Notes under the pieces: generated by a model
The model's input: only the letters and a program-made list of their open reading frames with translations
The model's database searches: none
What the model was told of the DNA's origin: nothing
Program-made: the position numbers and the translations under genes
Part shown: in pieces, positions 41,668-55,900 of the stretch
Layout: every line of letters begins with the position of its first letter
Numbering within the stretch: the stretch's first letter is position 1
Assembly (NCBI GenBank): GCA_951406725.2
Contig: OX597830.1
Location: 78,616,001 to 78,680,000, forward strand
DNA: 64,000 bases
DNA from: Octopus vulgaris
Taxonomy: Eukaryota
Direction: 5' to 3'

Positions 41668-42444
41668 AGTAAACATATGTGTGGAAGTGTATACATACAT
41701 TTATATGTGTGTACATTTATGTATTTATAAGTATGTGTATATATATACACACACATACATATATACATACATACGTTCATACATACATTCGTACATACAT
41801 TCATATATACATACATGCGTCCACATATGTATGTATATGCATATACAAATATATCCATACTTGTATGTCTGTGTATGTTTGTGTATGTATATGAATATAT
41901 ATATATATACACATACATATACATACACATATTCCCAGTTTGTTATAATTATAAATACCGTTGTTCTTTTCGTAACTCATTTCTGATTTCACTAATAATA
42001 TTAAGAAAAATCACACTTCAACGCACGAACATCGTGATGTCCAAGCATGGTCGCCTAATCTAATAAAAAATAATTTATCCATATAACTGTCTAAGAACCG
42101 ATTACATTTCCTGAAGTTTGTTTTGCTGACGAGGTCATAATAGAACTAAAATATCTTCTCAATTATCTCCCTTAACGACAAAACGATTAACATTAGATTA
42201 GGTAATCATATCTGTGGCAGGTGTTTCCCTCAATACATCATTCGAGCTGGCAGGACCGTTAGCACGCTAGGCAAAATGCTTAGCGGCATTTCGTTCGTCT
42301 TTACGTTCTGAGTTCAAATTCCATCGAGGTCGACTTTGCCTTTCATCCTTTCAGGATAGATGAATTAAGCACCAGAGAACCACTGGGATCGATTTAATTG
42401 ACTAGTACCCTCCTCCAAAATGTCAGGCCTTGTGTCGATAGTAG

Positions 42445-42760
42445 ATTGCTTCCAAAGCTTTCTCTTTTCGTTCCGGATCACTTTGTGCCAACTCGCCTGA
42501 CTCGGAACTCACAACGTTTTTGTCCAAATGCTGTTCTCCTTCCACGAATAAGGAAGTCTTTCTACCGTCGTAGCTTTTTTTCTTTGAACAACCAGAATTT
42601 GGAACTCTCTTGTTTTACCTCACTTCTTATGACCTGAACTCTTTCAATTCTAAAGTAAATTCATTCTTTTCATTTTAATTTCTCCTTCTACATAGCCCCC
42701 TACACTAAGCAGCTTCATGCCCCGTTTGGGACATTCTCATAAATAAAATGAATAAATAAG
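42445..42760 (+). mobile_element. Degraded 3' end of a CR1/Jockey-group LINE
   Basis: Broken translation ...TRLTR...FYRRSFF..TTRIWNSL...YDLNSFNSKVN followed by an A-rich tail. Confidence 0.55.
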
Positions 42761-43338
42761 AGCTAGATACTATTAACTAGAGTAAACAGCTACCATCCTT
42801 CAAAATATTTCATTTTGCAACATTTGGCCGAATCGCCTAAACTTAAAAAAAAAAGAAAAGCAAAACATGATGACCTTGGATCAATGTAAACATCAGTAGC
42901 AGCAACAGCATCCTCCTCCTCCTCATCATCATCATTATTATTTTCATTATCATAAACGTGGCGACCTGCCAGAGTCGTTAAGCACACCGGGCACAATGTT
43001 GAGCGGCATTTCGTCCGTATTGACGTGCTGAGTTCAAATTCCGCCGATATCGAATTACCTTTCATTCTTTCAGGGCCGATACATGAAGTACCAGTTGAAC
43101 ACTTGGGTCGATGTAACCGACTTGCCCTCTTCCCCGAGGTTGCTGACCTGGTCCCAAAATTTGAAACCATCATTATTACTATTATCGTTTTATTTCTCAG
43201 AACGTTTGGTCTTGTTTGCTTTGGTAGATTCTATGAGAACAGACAGCAGACTGCTCTCAGAGGCCTCACAGGGTCTCTTTCTGCACATTATAAGCTTTGA
43301 TATTTCGTTTTAAATTATTGTGGGAGACATTCAACATC

Positions 43339-43805
43339 CAAGTACCAATCTCAAAATCCTAACTGTCCCCAGCAGAGCAGTTTTTGGGGCTCGCTCTGCT
43401 CTCATGTCAATTCCGATTTCTTCGACAAATTATTCGAACTTGATTGTTAGTGTTCCGAGTGCCCCAACAACCTCTCTCCTCATAGTCCACATTCTTGCAA
43501 TTTCGTCTTTTAGTAGTCTGTACTTTTCGATATTTTCTAATTTTTTATCACTTATGTGTGCATCTCTAGGTATTGTAATATCTATGATCTTGGTTTCCTT
43601 TTCCCCTTTATCTACCACAACAATATCTGGTCTCTGAGCCTCGATTAGGGAGTCACCTTGGATTGTAAAATCCCACAGTATCTTATGTTCCTTGTTCTCG
43701 GTCACTCCTTCTGGTTCCTGTTCGTACCATTTTGGTGCTGTGTTCAGGCCGTACTTTTCACATAGCCTCCAGTGGACGAACTTAGCCACATTATCGTGCC
43801 TCTAT
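43339..43805 (-). mobile_element. R4/Dong-like non-LTR retrotransposon fragment (restriction-like endonuclease domain)
   Basis: RHDNVAKFVHW..C, ILWDFTIQ, RPDIVVVD...IDITIP, EKY..L and VVGALG motifs. Confidence 0.85.
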
Positions 43806-44465
43806 TATTATCAGTATAATTGGCAATTTCCTCGCCTTTTGACAAATTTGGCAGAATTCTATGACGAATAAATCTTTTTACTGCATCTTAAGAAACATAT
43901 ATACAAACACACACGCACATGTGCACGCAGGCAAACACACTCGTATAGACACGAACACACATTGACAAAATTACGCATACACGCACAAATATATATATAT
44001 ATATATATATATATCCATTCACGATCCCATAAATGCACACACACACGTATACATACATATATAAATGCATACAAACATGCATACATATATACAAACATAC
44101 ATAATTCATACATACATACATATTTACATGCATACATATTGTCACAGTGACACATTTCACTGATGTATCAAATGATGTAAAGTTTCGTGTCTTAAATGAT
44201 CGATGACTTTGTGTGTGTGCGTGTGTGTGTATGTGTGTGTGTGTGTGTGTGTGTGTTTGTATGCGTGCGTGCGTATGTGTGTGCGTGTTTATATGTGTGG
44301 TTGGAAGGAAAGAGATTGACGTTTGTTGTTGCAGAGAGGGTCACATGACCACATGAGGCAAAAAGAAAAATAACGAAAAGAAGAGAAATTAAAAAGGAAA
44401 GGTAGAGAAGCAAGGGAGACACAAAAAAGTAAAGGTAAAAATGACAGACAGACAGAAAGACAGTC

Positions 44466-44527
<62 letters not shown>

Positions 44528-44592
44528 ATAGATAGGTTGATAGATAGATAGATAGATACATACATACATACATACATACATACATACATACA

Positions 44593-44623
<31 letters not shown>

Positions 44624-45510
44624 GAAACTAAACCGTAAACTGAGGGAAAAGTAATCCTAACACCACCCTAGAATTTAATAACAAGAAAAGAAACGAATCA
44701 AAATGAAAGAATAAATGTAAGAAAAATTATGGCAAGAAAGAAAAAAGAAAAGAAATTGAAGAATTATTTTCATTCTAAAATACATGTATATATAAGTGTG
44801 TGTGTTTCTGTGTGTGTGTACACGCACATTCGTGTGATCACGTATGTGTACAAGTGAATGCAAATAAAAAGTGCCGGCCATAAAGTTTCCTTAAAAGAAA
44901 CTATTATATAACTTATATAATATTTTGGTCATAAAGCTCCTATTCACGAACAAAAAAAAGATGATATGGAGTGCAGATGTAGGAGTGGTATTGTATTTGC
45001 GTTTGGCCACGTCTTGTATCGGTGTTTCGGGGGAATTCACTTTTATTGCCTTGCGGTTTATATAATCATGTTGACCTCCTGCTTCATGGATCAGAATAAA
45101 CGCTCACCACAGTTTATAATACTGTTTTTTTTTTAGGTAAAATAACCTGTCCGATGGTTTATTTTTAACTGGGTCCGTGTTAGTTTTAGAAACGAAATCG
45201 TTTTATCGTTGCCATTGTCGTCGCCGTTGTTATTGTTATGGGTCGTGCATGATCCAGCAGACCTAAGACTACATTAGTCCTAACCGTGTCCATCCGTCTT
45301 CTTTTCAGGAATAGTGTATCTTAGATTACGTTAACCAATGTACTCTTCCGATATTTAAGACAGTGAGTAGGTTGTGGTTTGAGTCAATCATTCGCAGGAC
45401 GATCCATCAATAAGTGGCTCAATACATTATTCAAGATAATTATATGATTGCGGTTTGAATATCGCGAAAATTTGGCTATTCTTTCTAGCCCGACGAGTCA
45501 TCATATAGAC

Positions 45511-45860
45511 CAGGGGTTCTGAGCAATTTTTTGTCTATGGACCCCTTTGATTACTATTTTATTCTGGTGGACCTCCAAAGCCATTCAATGTCTAAAAACT
45601 AATTTTATAGAAACTTTTCTCGAAATTCTTATTTTGTTTTTCACACATTCACTTGTGTAGGTTGAGCTATGTAAAATGTTAGCGAAAAAATCCGAGCTGC
45701 TTCTTGCGATACTTACCAGCACATAATCTAAAGCAAGGTTTTTTTCAGGGGCCATTAAAATACTATTGTGGATCCCCAATTTGCTATTTGGTTGCGTGGA
45801 CCGCCCAAAATTTTATATGGATCCTCAAGAACCATATAAACCGTGGTTGAATAGACGCTC
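45511..45860. mobile_element. Old hAT-like MITE
   Basis: Starts caggggttct after atatagac, has repeated subterminal tgga(c/t)cc motifs, and a degenerate right end ggttga. Confidence 0.45.
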
Positions 45861-46169
45861 AACCGTTTCCACAATTTTCTGTTATTAAGCTTGGTGAAGT
45901 GACGTAATCGATAGAAGATTAAATTAAAATTTTTGAGTGTTAAAATATCTGCATTCTCAATTTAGATTTTTCTGATTACTAAGCATTCTAGCGACTATTT
46001 GAAATATTTTTTTCGTATGACCTGAAGTCAACCTGAAAAATGAAATCCTATTGATTTTTTTTTTTTTCGTTTTTCTTTTTTCATATTTCTTTAGGTGTTC
46101 TTCACTGATATATTCTGGGTTTTTTTTTATTTTATAGGCCTTTGCATCCGGATGTCATATGTCTTGAAA

Positions 46170-46390
46170 TAACGACAGATACAACACTAACAATAATAGC
46201 AGCGATAACAACTCTAGCAACATATTCAACACTTGCAATAGTAGCAACAATACCAACAATAGCAACAGACACAACACCGGTAATGATAGCAACAATAACA
46301 ACAATAGTAACAGATACAGCACTGGCATTGATAGCAACAGAGACAATAATAGCAACAGAAACAACACTCACAATAATAGCAACAGCATAT
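46170..46390. repeat. ~27-nt minisatellite (aacagatacaacactaacaataatagc-like)
   Basis: Eight or so diverged units, which explain the Thr/Ile/Ala-rich ORF. Confidence 0.8.
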
Positions 46391-46687
46391 TCTCAAATGA
46401 CAGACCTAAGAGGAAGACATTTGCACATCAGCCAATGATAGGGTCCACGGTATAATCAGCCAAATCACGCGCTATTGTCACAAAGAAGAATAGATCGAGT
46501 GGCCAAAGGTACACTCTCTTTACTCTTTACTCTTTTACTTGTTTCAGTCATTTGACTGCGGCCATGCTGGAGCATCGCCTTTAATCGAACAACTCGACCC
46601 CGGGACTTATTCTTTTGTAAGCCCAGTACTTATTCTATCGGTCTCTTTTGCCGAACCGCTAAGTAACGGGGACATAAACACACCAGC

Positions 46688-46720
<33 letters not shown>

Positions 46721-47027
46721 TATACATATATATATATATATATAATTAATTAATAAGGGTGAGAGAATTAGATACTAATTTAATAGTATATTTATTCCAC
46801 ACCAAGTGGCCTAGTGCTACGAGAAACCTGGATTATTATAATATTTTATAACATATTATAATATTTTCACAAAATAAATATAAGAGAGTGTTCACTATAT
46901 TGATCACTCTAGCACCAGTTAATCCAAGAGGTTTCAACCACGAAAAATACATGTTTCCCATGAAAGCCGGTACGACTGTTAGCTCACACGGACAGGGCAA
47001 ATAAAAAATAACAAAAATACAGATTAT

Positions 47028-47105
47028 CTTGGGACAATTGTTTCGCTATTAATGAATTAAATGTAATATTACTTACAGTAATCCATTTGTAGCTCTTCAG
47101 CCAAG
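47028..47105 (-). ncRNA. Type I hammerhead ribozyme
   Basis: cttgg CTGAAGA gcta...tagc GAAA caattg TC ccaag on the minus strand. Confidence 0.9.
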
Positions 47106-47992
47106 GCTATCTTGATGAAATCCACTCAATCACACGCCAGATTTTACCATAACGATAATTACGCGTGCGGTTCAATTGATTACATCGGACGTTATAATTC
47201 AAATGCCCCAACCAACAGCGCGCCAAACTCTCACGGAAAACAAAATACAGCATTTAGAAATAAATGCAGCATAATTATAATTAATTAATAAGGGTGAGAG
47301 AATTAGATACTAATTTAATAGTATATTTATTCCACACCAAGTGGCCTAGTGCTACGAGAAACCTGGATTATTATAATATTTTATAACATATTATAATATT
47401 TTCACAAAATAAATATAAGAGAGTGTTCACTATATTGATCACTCTAGCACCAGTTAATCCAAGAGGTTTCAACTGTAAGTATTACTGTAAGTAATATTAC
47501 ATTTAATTCATTAATAGCGAAACAATTGTCCCAAGATAATCTGTATTTTTGTTATTTTTTATTTGCCCTGTCCGTGTGAGCTAACAGTCGTACCGGCTTT
47601 CATGGGAAACATGTATTTTTCGTGGTTGAAACCTCTTGGATTAACTGGTGCTAGAGTGATCAATATAGTGAACACTCTCTTATATTTATTTTGTGAAAAT
47701 ATTATAATATGTTATAAAATATTATAATAATCCAGGTTTCTCGTAGCACTAGGCCACTTGGTGTGGAATAAATATACTATTAAATTAGTATCTAATTCTC
47801 TCACCCTTATTAATTAATTATAATTATGCTGCATTTATTTCTAAATGCTGTATTTTGTTTTCCGTGAGAGTTTGGCGCGCTGTTGGTTGGGGCATTTGAA
47901 TTATAACGTCCGATGTAATCAATTGAACCGCACGCGTAATTATCGTTATGGTAAAATCTGGCGTGTGATTGAGTGGATTTCATCAAGATAGC

Positions 47993-48070
47993 CTTGGCTG
48001 AAGAGCTACAAATGGATTACTGTAAGTAATATTACATTTAATTCATTAATAGCGAAACAATTGTCCCAAG
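47993..48070 (+). ncRNA. Type I hammerhead ribozyme
   Basis: cttgg CTGAAGA gcta...tagc GAAA caattg TC ccaag. GUC cleavage triplet ends at 48065. Stem III ACAATTGT is palindromic. Confidence 0.9.
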
Positions 48071-48221
48071 ATAATCTGTATTTTTGTTATTTTTTATTTG
48101 CCCTGTCCGTGTGAGCTAACAGTCGTACCGGCTTTCATGGGAAACATGTATTTTTCGTGGTTGAAACCTCTTGGATTAACTGGTGCTAGAGTGATCAATA
48201 TAGTGAACACTCTCTTATATT

Positions 48222-48274
<53 letters not shown>

Positions 48275-48725
48275 TACTACGGGCTTCTTTCAGTTTCCGT
48301 CTACCAAATCCACTCACACGGCTTTGGTCGGCCCGAGGCTATAGTAGAAGACACTTGCCCAAGGTGCCACGCAGTGGGACTGAACCCAGAACCATGTGGC
48401 TGGTAAACAAGCTACTTACCACACAGCCACTCCTGTGCCAGTTATTTTCGTTGCTTGGCAATTAGTAGGTGCAATCATTTTATGTAACTTTTCAGTGTGA
48501 CGCAAGATAGCGAGCTGGCAGAATTGTAAGCATGCCGGTAAAAATGTTTAGCCGCATCTCGTCCGTCTACAAGGTCTGAGGTCAAAGTGCGCCGTGGTTG
48601 ACTTCGCTTCTTATTATTTTAGCGTTGACAAAATAAGTACCAGCTTAGCACTGGGGCAATGTAATCGGCTACCCTCTCCCATAGTAGAAAGGTTATGATT
48701 ATTATTATTGTTGTTGTTGTTGTTA

Positions 48726-48820
<95 letters not shown>

Positions 48821-48830
48821 GGTAGTAGTG

Positions 48831-48888
<58 letters not shown>

Positions 48889-49913
48889 AAGTAGTAGTGG
48901 TAGTGGTGGTGGTTGTGGTGGTTCACTTTTTCACGAACCGCCACAGTCCACTAAGCCGTAGCAACATTTCGTCGTTGTGTTTAGTGGTGTAAGAGTAATT
49001 CAGTGATAGATCGCTCTCACCGCCACCACCACCACTACCACCACCACCACCAACATATATTGCACTCTTCCTCAAACATTACCACTACCAACACCACCAC
49101 TAATACCAGATCACACTGAGACAGTACCGCATCACAACTACTACAACCACACACACACAAAAATGCTACTTTCAATGTACCATACCACAGCCACCGTCAC
49201 ACTCGCTACTACTGTCACTACCACCATTACCTCCAGTACCACCGCCACCTCTACGATCACCACAAATACCTTCACCCTTACTGCAATAGCTATCATCACG
49301 ACCACCACTACCGGCGCTGCTATTAGTACGAATACCACCACCACCATAATCCCTACCATAATCACCACCACCACTACATCTACCACCATCGACAACAACA
49401 CCATTAAAATCATCTCCACCTCACCACCATTCTCTAGTGTCACTACCACCTCTCCTCCATCACTATAACCATCACAACATGAACCACCACTACCACAACC
49501 AACGCTACCAACAATAACAGCAACACTACCAACCGCATCACCACTGCCACCATCAACACCACCATCACCAATAACACACCAACGCCGCCGCAAACGCCAC
49601 CACCAACACCGACACCTGACTGACCTACTTGACCAGTGGAATGATGAAACTGATTGTCTTCACCACGCATGTTTTCATTGCACGTGACCCTAGCAATCAG
49701 GAGCTTGCTGGTAGTGACACCAACCGGGTAAGACCACGACATCTAACGTCTGTCATGTGACCAGCTCAAACCATACACAGCAATTTACACCTCCCGTCTA
49801 GCGAGCTTTATATTTTCTCTCACGTCTCCTTCACTTCCTCACCACTCATTACTCATGAACATCTGTCTGTCTGTCTATCAGTTTGATCGTCTTTATATAT
49901 TTCTCACATAGAA

Positions 49914-50143
49914 GCGGCGAGCTGGCAGAAACGTTAGCACGCCGGGCGAAATGCGTAGCCGTATTTCGTCTGCCGGTACGTTCTGAGTTCAAATTCCGAC
50001 GAGGTCGACTTTGCCTTTCATCCTTTCGGGGTTGATAAATTAAGTACCAGTTACGCACTGGGGTCGATATAATCGACTTAATCTGTTTGCGTGTCCTTGT
50101 TTGTCCTCTCTGTGTTTAGCCCCTTGTCGATAATAAAGAAATA
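49914..50143 (+). mobile_element. SINE family A monomer, tail A
   Basis: Full head and tail, with TSD-like at(a/g)tttctcaca. Confidence 0.9.
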
Positions 50144-50423
50144 TATGTTTCTCACAATTGGGCAGATGGCAAAACGGTTAGAGCGTCGAACAAAATGCAT
50201 TGTTGTATTTCTTTCAGCATTGTACGTTCTGAGCTCAAATCTCACTGAAGGTATCCCTGCCTTTCGGCACACCCAGTCATGTACTGGAGGGGTTAATGTA
50301 ACTGACTAACCACCTCTCTCAAACTTTTGGTCTTGTGCTCTGCTAGAAACATGTCAGTTCTGTCTGTGTAGCTATCTGTATTTCAGTATTCAGTAAGTTG
50401 CTTTATCTGCCTTTATATTGGTA

Positions 50424-50813
50424 CTAGCAGTATCATCCGGCGTTGCTTGGGTTTGTTTCGACCCTTTAGAATTGGAATTTTTGAAGAGTAAAAATTTTGC
50501 ATCATGTAGCTTGTTATTCTCTTTAAGTGAACATTTTTCTGGTTGAAATACACCGAAAAATGGTGACACAGCAGTCAAAGATCGTAAAAAGTAGGGTTTT
50601 TCATAGAAAAAAAAGCACCCTTTTGATGTAAATAATTTTTGGTGTTAACCTGGTCCGATTTGAATTTTTTGTTCTATGGAAGGAAGAGCAAGCCTTCTTC
50701 TATCAAACTCTCAATTTTGGTCGACTTGCGCCGCAGGATCTCGGAGGAGATAGTGTTAGTTTAAGGCTACCAAACCTGCCGCACACAAACAACTTCAGCT
50801 TTATATATAGAGA
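50424..50813 (-). mobile_element. Non-autonomous Helitron-like element
   Basis: Minus strand starts TCtctatatataaag and ends with the imperfect GC hairpin cccaagcaacgccgga followed by ...CTAG|t. Confidence 0.65.
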
Positions 50814-51156
50814 AATGTGTATTTGTCATTCTGCATCACAGTTTACTGCAAACACCGACTCACCCCCTCTACCCAAAACTTTAAACCAATATGTGTTCAT
50901 AGGAAAGGCGGCGAGATGACAGAGCTGTTAGTGTGTGCCGGACAAAATCTTTAGCGGCATTTAGTTCGTCTTTACACACATAGATCAAATTTCACCGAGG
51001 TCGACATTGCCTATCATCCTTTTAGGTTCGGTAAAATATGTACCAGTTGAGCATTGGGGAGCTGTCATCGACTTACACCGTCTGACTGAAATTGCTGGCC
51101 TTGTGCCAGAATTTGAAACTGATATCTATACATACATGGAGAAATATCTATACATA

Positions 51157-51319
51157 GGCGCAGGCATGGCTGTGTGGTAAGTAGCTTGCTTACCAACAAC
51201 ATGGTTCCAGGTTCAGTCCTACTGCGTGGCACATGGGGCAAGTGTCTTCTATTATAGCCTCGGGCCGACCAAAGCCTTGTGAGTGGATTTGGTAGACGGA
51301 AATTGAATGAAGCTCGTCG

Positions 51320-51374
<55 letters not shown>

Positions 51375-51530
51375 ACCATCGCTTGACAACCCATCTTGGT
51401 GTGTTTACGTCCCCGCAACTTAGCAGTTAAGCAAAAGTGACCGATAAAATAAGTACTAGGCTTACAAACAATAAGTCCTGGGGTTGATTTGTTCGACGAA
51501 AAGCATGGCTGCAGTGAAAAGAATAAAAGA
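51157..51530 (+). mobile_element. SINE family B
   Basis: Head ggcgcaggcatggctgtgtggtaag, typical body, partly deleted tail. Confidence 0.85.
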
Positions 51531-51896
51531 ATGCGTATAGATAAGTTTATACAAGCACACACAAATACACATGCAAACACAAACGTCAATACACACGCAC
51601 ACATACAAGCTTGCACTCACCCGACAGACACACACTACATACACATACTCACAGAGTCACAAATACACACATGTACATATACACAAGCGCATACGCACAC
51701 ACATACACGCACGAATACACAAAATATTTGCATGTCCAGTCTGCACATCAAGGAGTGGAAATTAAAGCCATTAAAAGACCTACAAGTGGAGGACAAGATG
51801 GCTGCTTTGAGATAATTGTAAGGGCAGCCATTAAGCAAGCAGTGAGTGTTTGAGTGTCTATGCCTGTATGATGAGTATGTGTGTGTATGTGTGTGT

Positions 51897-51950
<54 letters not shown>

Positions 51951-52510
51951 ATGTGTGTGTGTGTGTGCGTGTGCCTGTGTGTTCGCGTGCTTGCGTGTTC
52001 TATAACTATGATAGGGAAATATCGCACAGCCGATATCATATAACAGCGTGGTATAAACAAAGTTTGCTGACATTTCATTTCGTGGTATTCTCTCACCCTT
52101 AGCCTCGCCCTCACACTGGCATGACACCACCCCTGTCTCATCCCCACCCTTCACTTCCTAATCATTCCCTCAAGACGAGGTCAGTGTCATGACCTCTGAC
52201 CCAAAGAAATTAATAGCCCCCAATACCTCTTCATAATTTTTTTTATCTTTTCCGCTATTGGACAGTTCCAGCTTCGATTTACAAATTCGTCTTTCCCCCT
52301 TTGGTCATTATAAGTATGTATCTTTGAGAGAGGGGGGTTGGGCAGAGGGGGCCATGGGAATGCAGAGAAAGAGATAGAGAGAGAAAGTTAGTGTACGTAT
52401 GCATACGTATTAAACACTTATTTTTATGTATATATATATATATAAATGTATACTTGTGCACGTGAGTGCATATTCATATATATATATATCCTCCCTTTCT
52501 TACTAACTAT

Positions 52511-52544
<34 letters not shown>

Positions 52545-52773
52545 GCGGCGAGCTGGCAGAAACGTTAGCACGCTGGGCGAAATGCGTAGCTGTATTTCGT
52601 CTGTCGTCACGTTCCGAGTTCAAATTCCGCCGAGGTCGACTTTGCCTTTCATCCTTTCGGGGTCGATAAATTAAGTACCAGTTACACACTGGGCTCGATA
52701 TAATCGACTTAATCCGTTTGTCTATCCTTGTTTGTCCCGTCTGTGTTTAGCCCCTTGTGGGTAGTAAAGAAAT
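52545..52773 (+). mobile_element. SINE family A monomer within (TA)n
   Basis: Full head, B box and tail A. Confidence 0.9.
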
Positions 52774-52806
52774 ATATATATATATTGATATATATATGGA
52801 TGAATG

Positions 52807-52902
<96 letters not shown>

Positions 52903-52965
52903 GTATATATATATATGTATATATATATGTATATATATATATATATGTGTGTATATATATAAATG

Positions 52966-53036
<71 letters not shown>

Positions 53037-53091
53037 GTAACAGAAAAGAGGAATTTCGGTTGTCCCCACGTGGTGGATTGTAATGTATATA

Positions 53092-53378
53092 AGAAAAATA
53101 AAAACGGAAAATACGCACACTTACATGGTTATAGTATAATTTTTAATGTATCGATGGGTTTCGCAATCGCTATTCATGATACAATGTTTATAATGTTTAT
53201 AATGAGATTCACGAGTGAATCTCATTATAAACAACATGGACCCAATTTCTTCTTAAGAAAAATATATTTTCGTATAAATTAAACATTGTATCATGAATAG
53301 CGATTGCGAAACCTGTCGATACATTAAAAATTATACTATAACCATGTAAGTGTGCGTATTTTCCGTTTTTATTTTTCT
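53092..53378. repeat. Near-perfect ~99-bp inverted repeat with an inner 19-bp hairpin, flanked by (TA)n
   Basis: Arms 53092-53190 and 53280-53378. Inner hairpin tgtttataatgagattcac-ga-gtgaatctcattataaaca at 53194-53233. Confidence 0.9.
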
Positions 53379-53381
53379 GAA

Positions 53382-53483
<102 letters not shown>

Positions 53484-54679
53484 CAGTGAGTGTGTCAGTA
53501 TATTTGTCAATCGTTCACTCTTTTGTAAATTTTAATCTTTATTCACATACCGTTATTCACCCACTTCTGTTACTCTCCTCTTTTCCTTCTTTCTTTCTCT
53601 CTCTTCCCCCTCTCTCTCACAACATCTGAGCGCGGTGGATTTGCGTCAGGGCGCATGGTAAAAACAACCGGGTATGTGGGAACCCTAACCGTTAACCCAG
53701 TATCTTTGAAGGAGAAGAACACCCTAGGAGAGCGACACTCTGATGTAAGACCTGCGCTTTCACATCTTTGTCGGTCATCTTGCTTCGGCCAGTCACTAGG
53801 TACTAACCACAGAGACCTGTACTCGTGACGTACAGATGTTTCCTTATGGTGACCTCGTTTGTCATTCCATCTACTGAAAGTCCTATGGCGATGAAAGAGT
53901 GGCAATCTGTTGGAAGCGTACAAGTTACAACTTTCGTCTATGTACTATGCTTCAAAACATAAGACATACAGATCTGCAATGGGACAGAACAGTCATCTGA
54001 GTGATCATGAATGGTAAGTCAGAGACGCTTCTGACAAGGAGGAAAGACAAGGAGACGGCAATCATCCGTGAAGCCTGAGCAATCACCATATACATATGTG
54101 TATGTGTGTGTGTGTGTATGTGTGTATGTGTGTGTGTGTGTGTGTGTCAGTAAGTGTATATTTGTCAATCGTTCACTCTTTTGTAATTTTCATCTTTATT
54201 CACATACCATTAGTCACCCTCTTCTATCACTCTCCTTCTCTCTTTCTTTCTTACTTTCTAAGTCTTCCCCTTCTCTCTCTCTCTTTCTCTCTCTCTCTCA
54301 CTTTCTCTGATTGCTGTTCTTTATAATCAACCCACCTAAACCAACCAACAAACAAGACAACTAGCCAATAACTGCTCCTCTACTCCTCAATACTATCACT
54401 CAAACAACTAAAAAGAAAAAAAAAACTTTCCTTAAATCACTCATGAACGTCTTACAAAACGGAAGGCCAGATACGATAATATGGTCCCAATATAAACTAT
54501 ACCTGAATAAATTACCAGACCAGACGATCACGGTTGGAACGACATTGATTCAAGGACTGCTCGGTCAAGACTGACCATATGTTATTGAACATCAAGAAGA
54601 GCAACAACGAACAAGACACAACCAAGAAGATTCAACCAATGTAACATAAGGTTGCGTGACGGAGACCATTAATGCAATA

Positions 54680-55330
54680 CCATGCTGCTCTCCTTACTCT
54701 CCCACTCTCCTTACTCTCCCTCACTTCGCTCTCTCTCTCTCTCCTTATATACTTATCACTTAACATACCTCTTTTCTGCTCTTCCTCACTTTACTCCCGT
54801 TCTCCTTACCTCTCCCTTTAATCTCCTTCCTAACTTTCTCTCCTTGCTCTCTCTCTCCTTACTCCTTCCTTGCTCTTTCCTTATTCTCTCTCTCTCCATG
54901 CTCTTTCCCTTTGCTATATCTCCTTGTTCTTTCTCTCCTCTTTCTCCTTAGTCTCTCTCTTTCTCTGCTTATTCTCAGACACTTTACTTTTTCCTTCCTT
55001 TCTCTCTCCTTTCTCTCTCCCATACTTTCTCTGTCTTTACTCGCCATCCTCTCTCTCCCCATACTTACACCCCCTTTCTCCTTTCTCTCCATACTTGCTC
55101 TCTACTTACTCTCTTCCTCCTTACTCTCATTCCTTGTTCTCGCTCCTAAAACTTACTCCCGACTTTCTCTTACACTCTATCTCTCAGGCTTTCTCTCCTT
55201 ACTCACTCTCCTTCCCGTCTCTTTCTCCTATCACCCTCTCCTTACTCGCTCCCCTTACTCTCTCTCTCCTTACCCTCACTTTCCTTACTCTCTATCTCTA
55301 TCTCTCTCTTACATTGCTCTCCTTGTGTTT
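54680..55330. repeat. Degenerate pyrimidine-rich (ctctccttact)-like repeat
   Basis: Strong C/T strand bias with recurring ctccttactc. Confidence 0.85.
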
Positions 55331-55623
55331 GTTCCTCATTCCCCAGCCTGTAACTTCTATATTGCCCCTTCATAAAGATGTCATTCACACAGCCACCATA
55401 TAGTCATCATCTCTAACGTCAATGACCAATGACCAACAAAACGGGTTCCATCCAATTCTCAAAATTCCGTGCAGCGGAAACGGAAAATAGCAATAGCAAC
55501 AACGAAAACAACAACAACAACAACAATTACTACAACATCGACAACGAAAGCAAAAGCCGCAACAGCAACTACATGCCAAACATTGGCCAACGTCGTCAGC
55601 GCTTGCAATCACAATTAAGAATC

Positions 55624-55662
<39 letters not shown>

Positions 55663-55856
55663 AAGAAGAAGAAGAAGAAGAAGAAGAAGAAGAAGAAGAA
55701 GAAGAAGAAGAAGAAGAAGAAGGTAAACGACGATGATGAGGTGAAGAATGGATGGTAGTAGTGTTGGGGTAATGGTGGTAGTGTTGGAGTGGTGGTGATT
55801 GCGTTGAGGATAGTTAAGGGTCAACATTTTTCAATGACCAACCAGTGTCTCCGTAC

Positions 55857-55900
<44 letters not shown>

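Larger units (their letters stand above)
46741..48224. mobile_element. Non-coding hammerhead-containing tandem/inverted element, 535-nt unit
   Basis: 46741-47473 is ~1.4 units in one orientation (unit start repeats at 46741 and 47276). 47481-48224 is ~1.4 units inverted. The copies appear identical and there is (TA)n on both sides. Confidence 0.92.
46514..48439 (-). mobile_element. SINE family B split in two (46514-46688 and 48278-48439) by an insertion in its TA tract
   Basis: 3' part at left and 5' half at right, same orientation, (TA)n at both inner edges. Confidence 0.85.

Noticed and set aside
42120-42160. CTGACGA followed by a weak stem
   Set aside because: No GAAA and no stem I or III.
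46142-46438. Mucin-like Thr-rich ORF (also 49163-49468)
   Set aside because: Explained by minisatellite or triplet low complexity, with no signal peptide or splice evidence.
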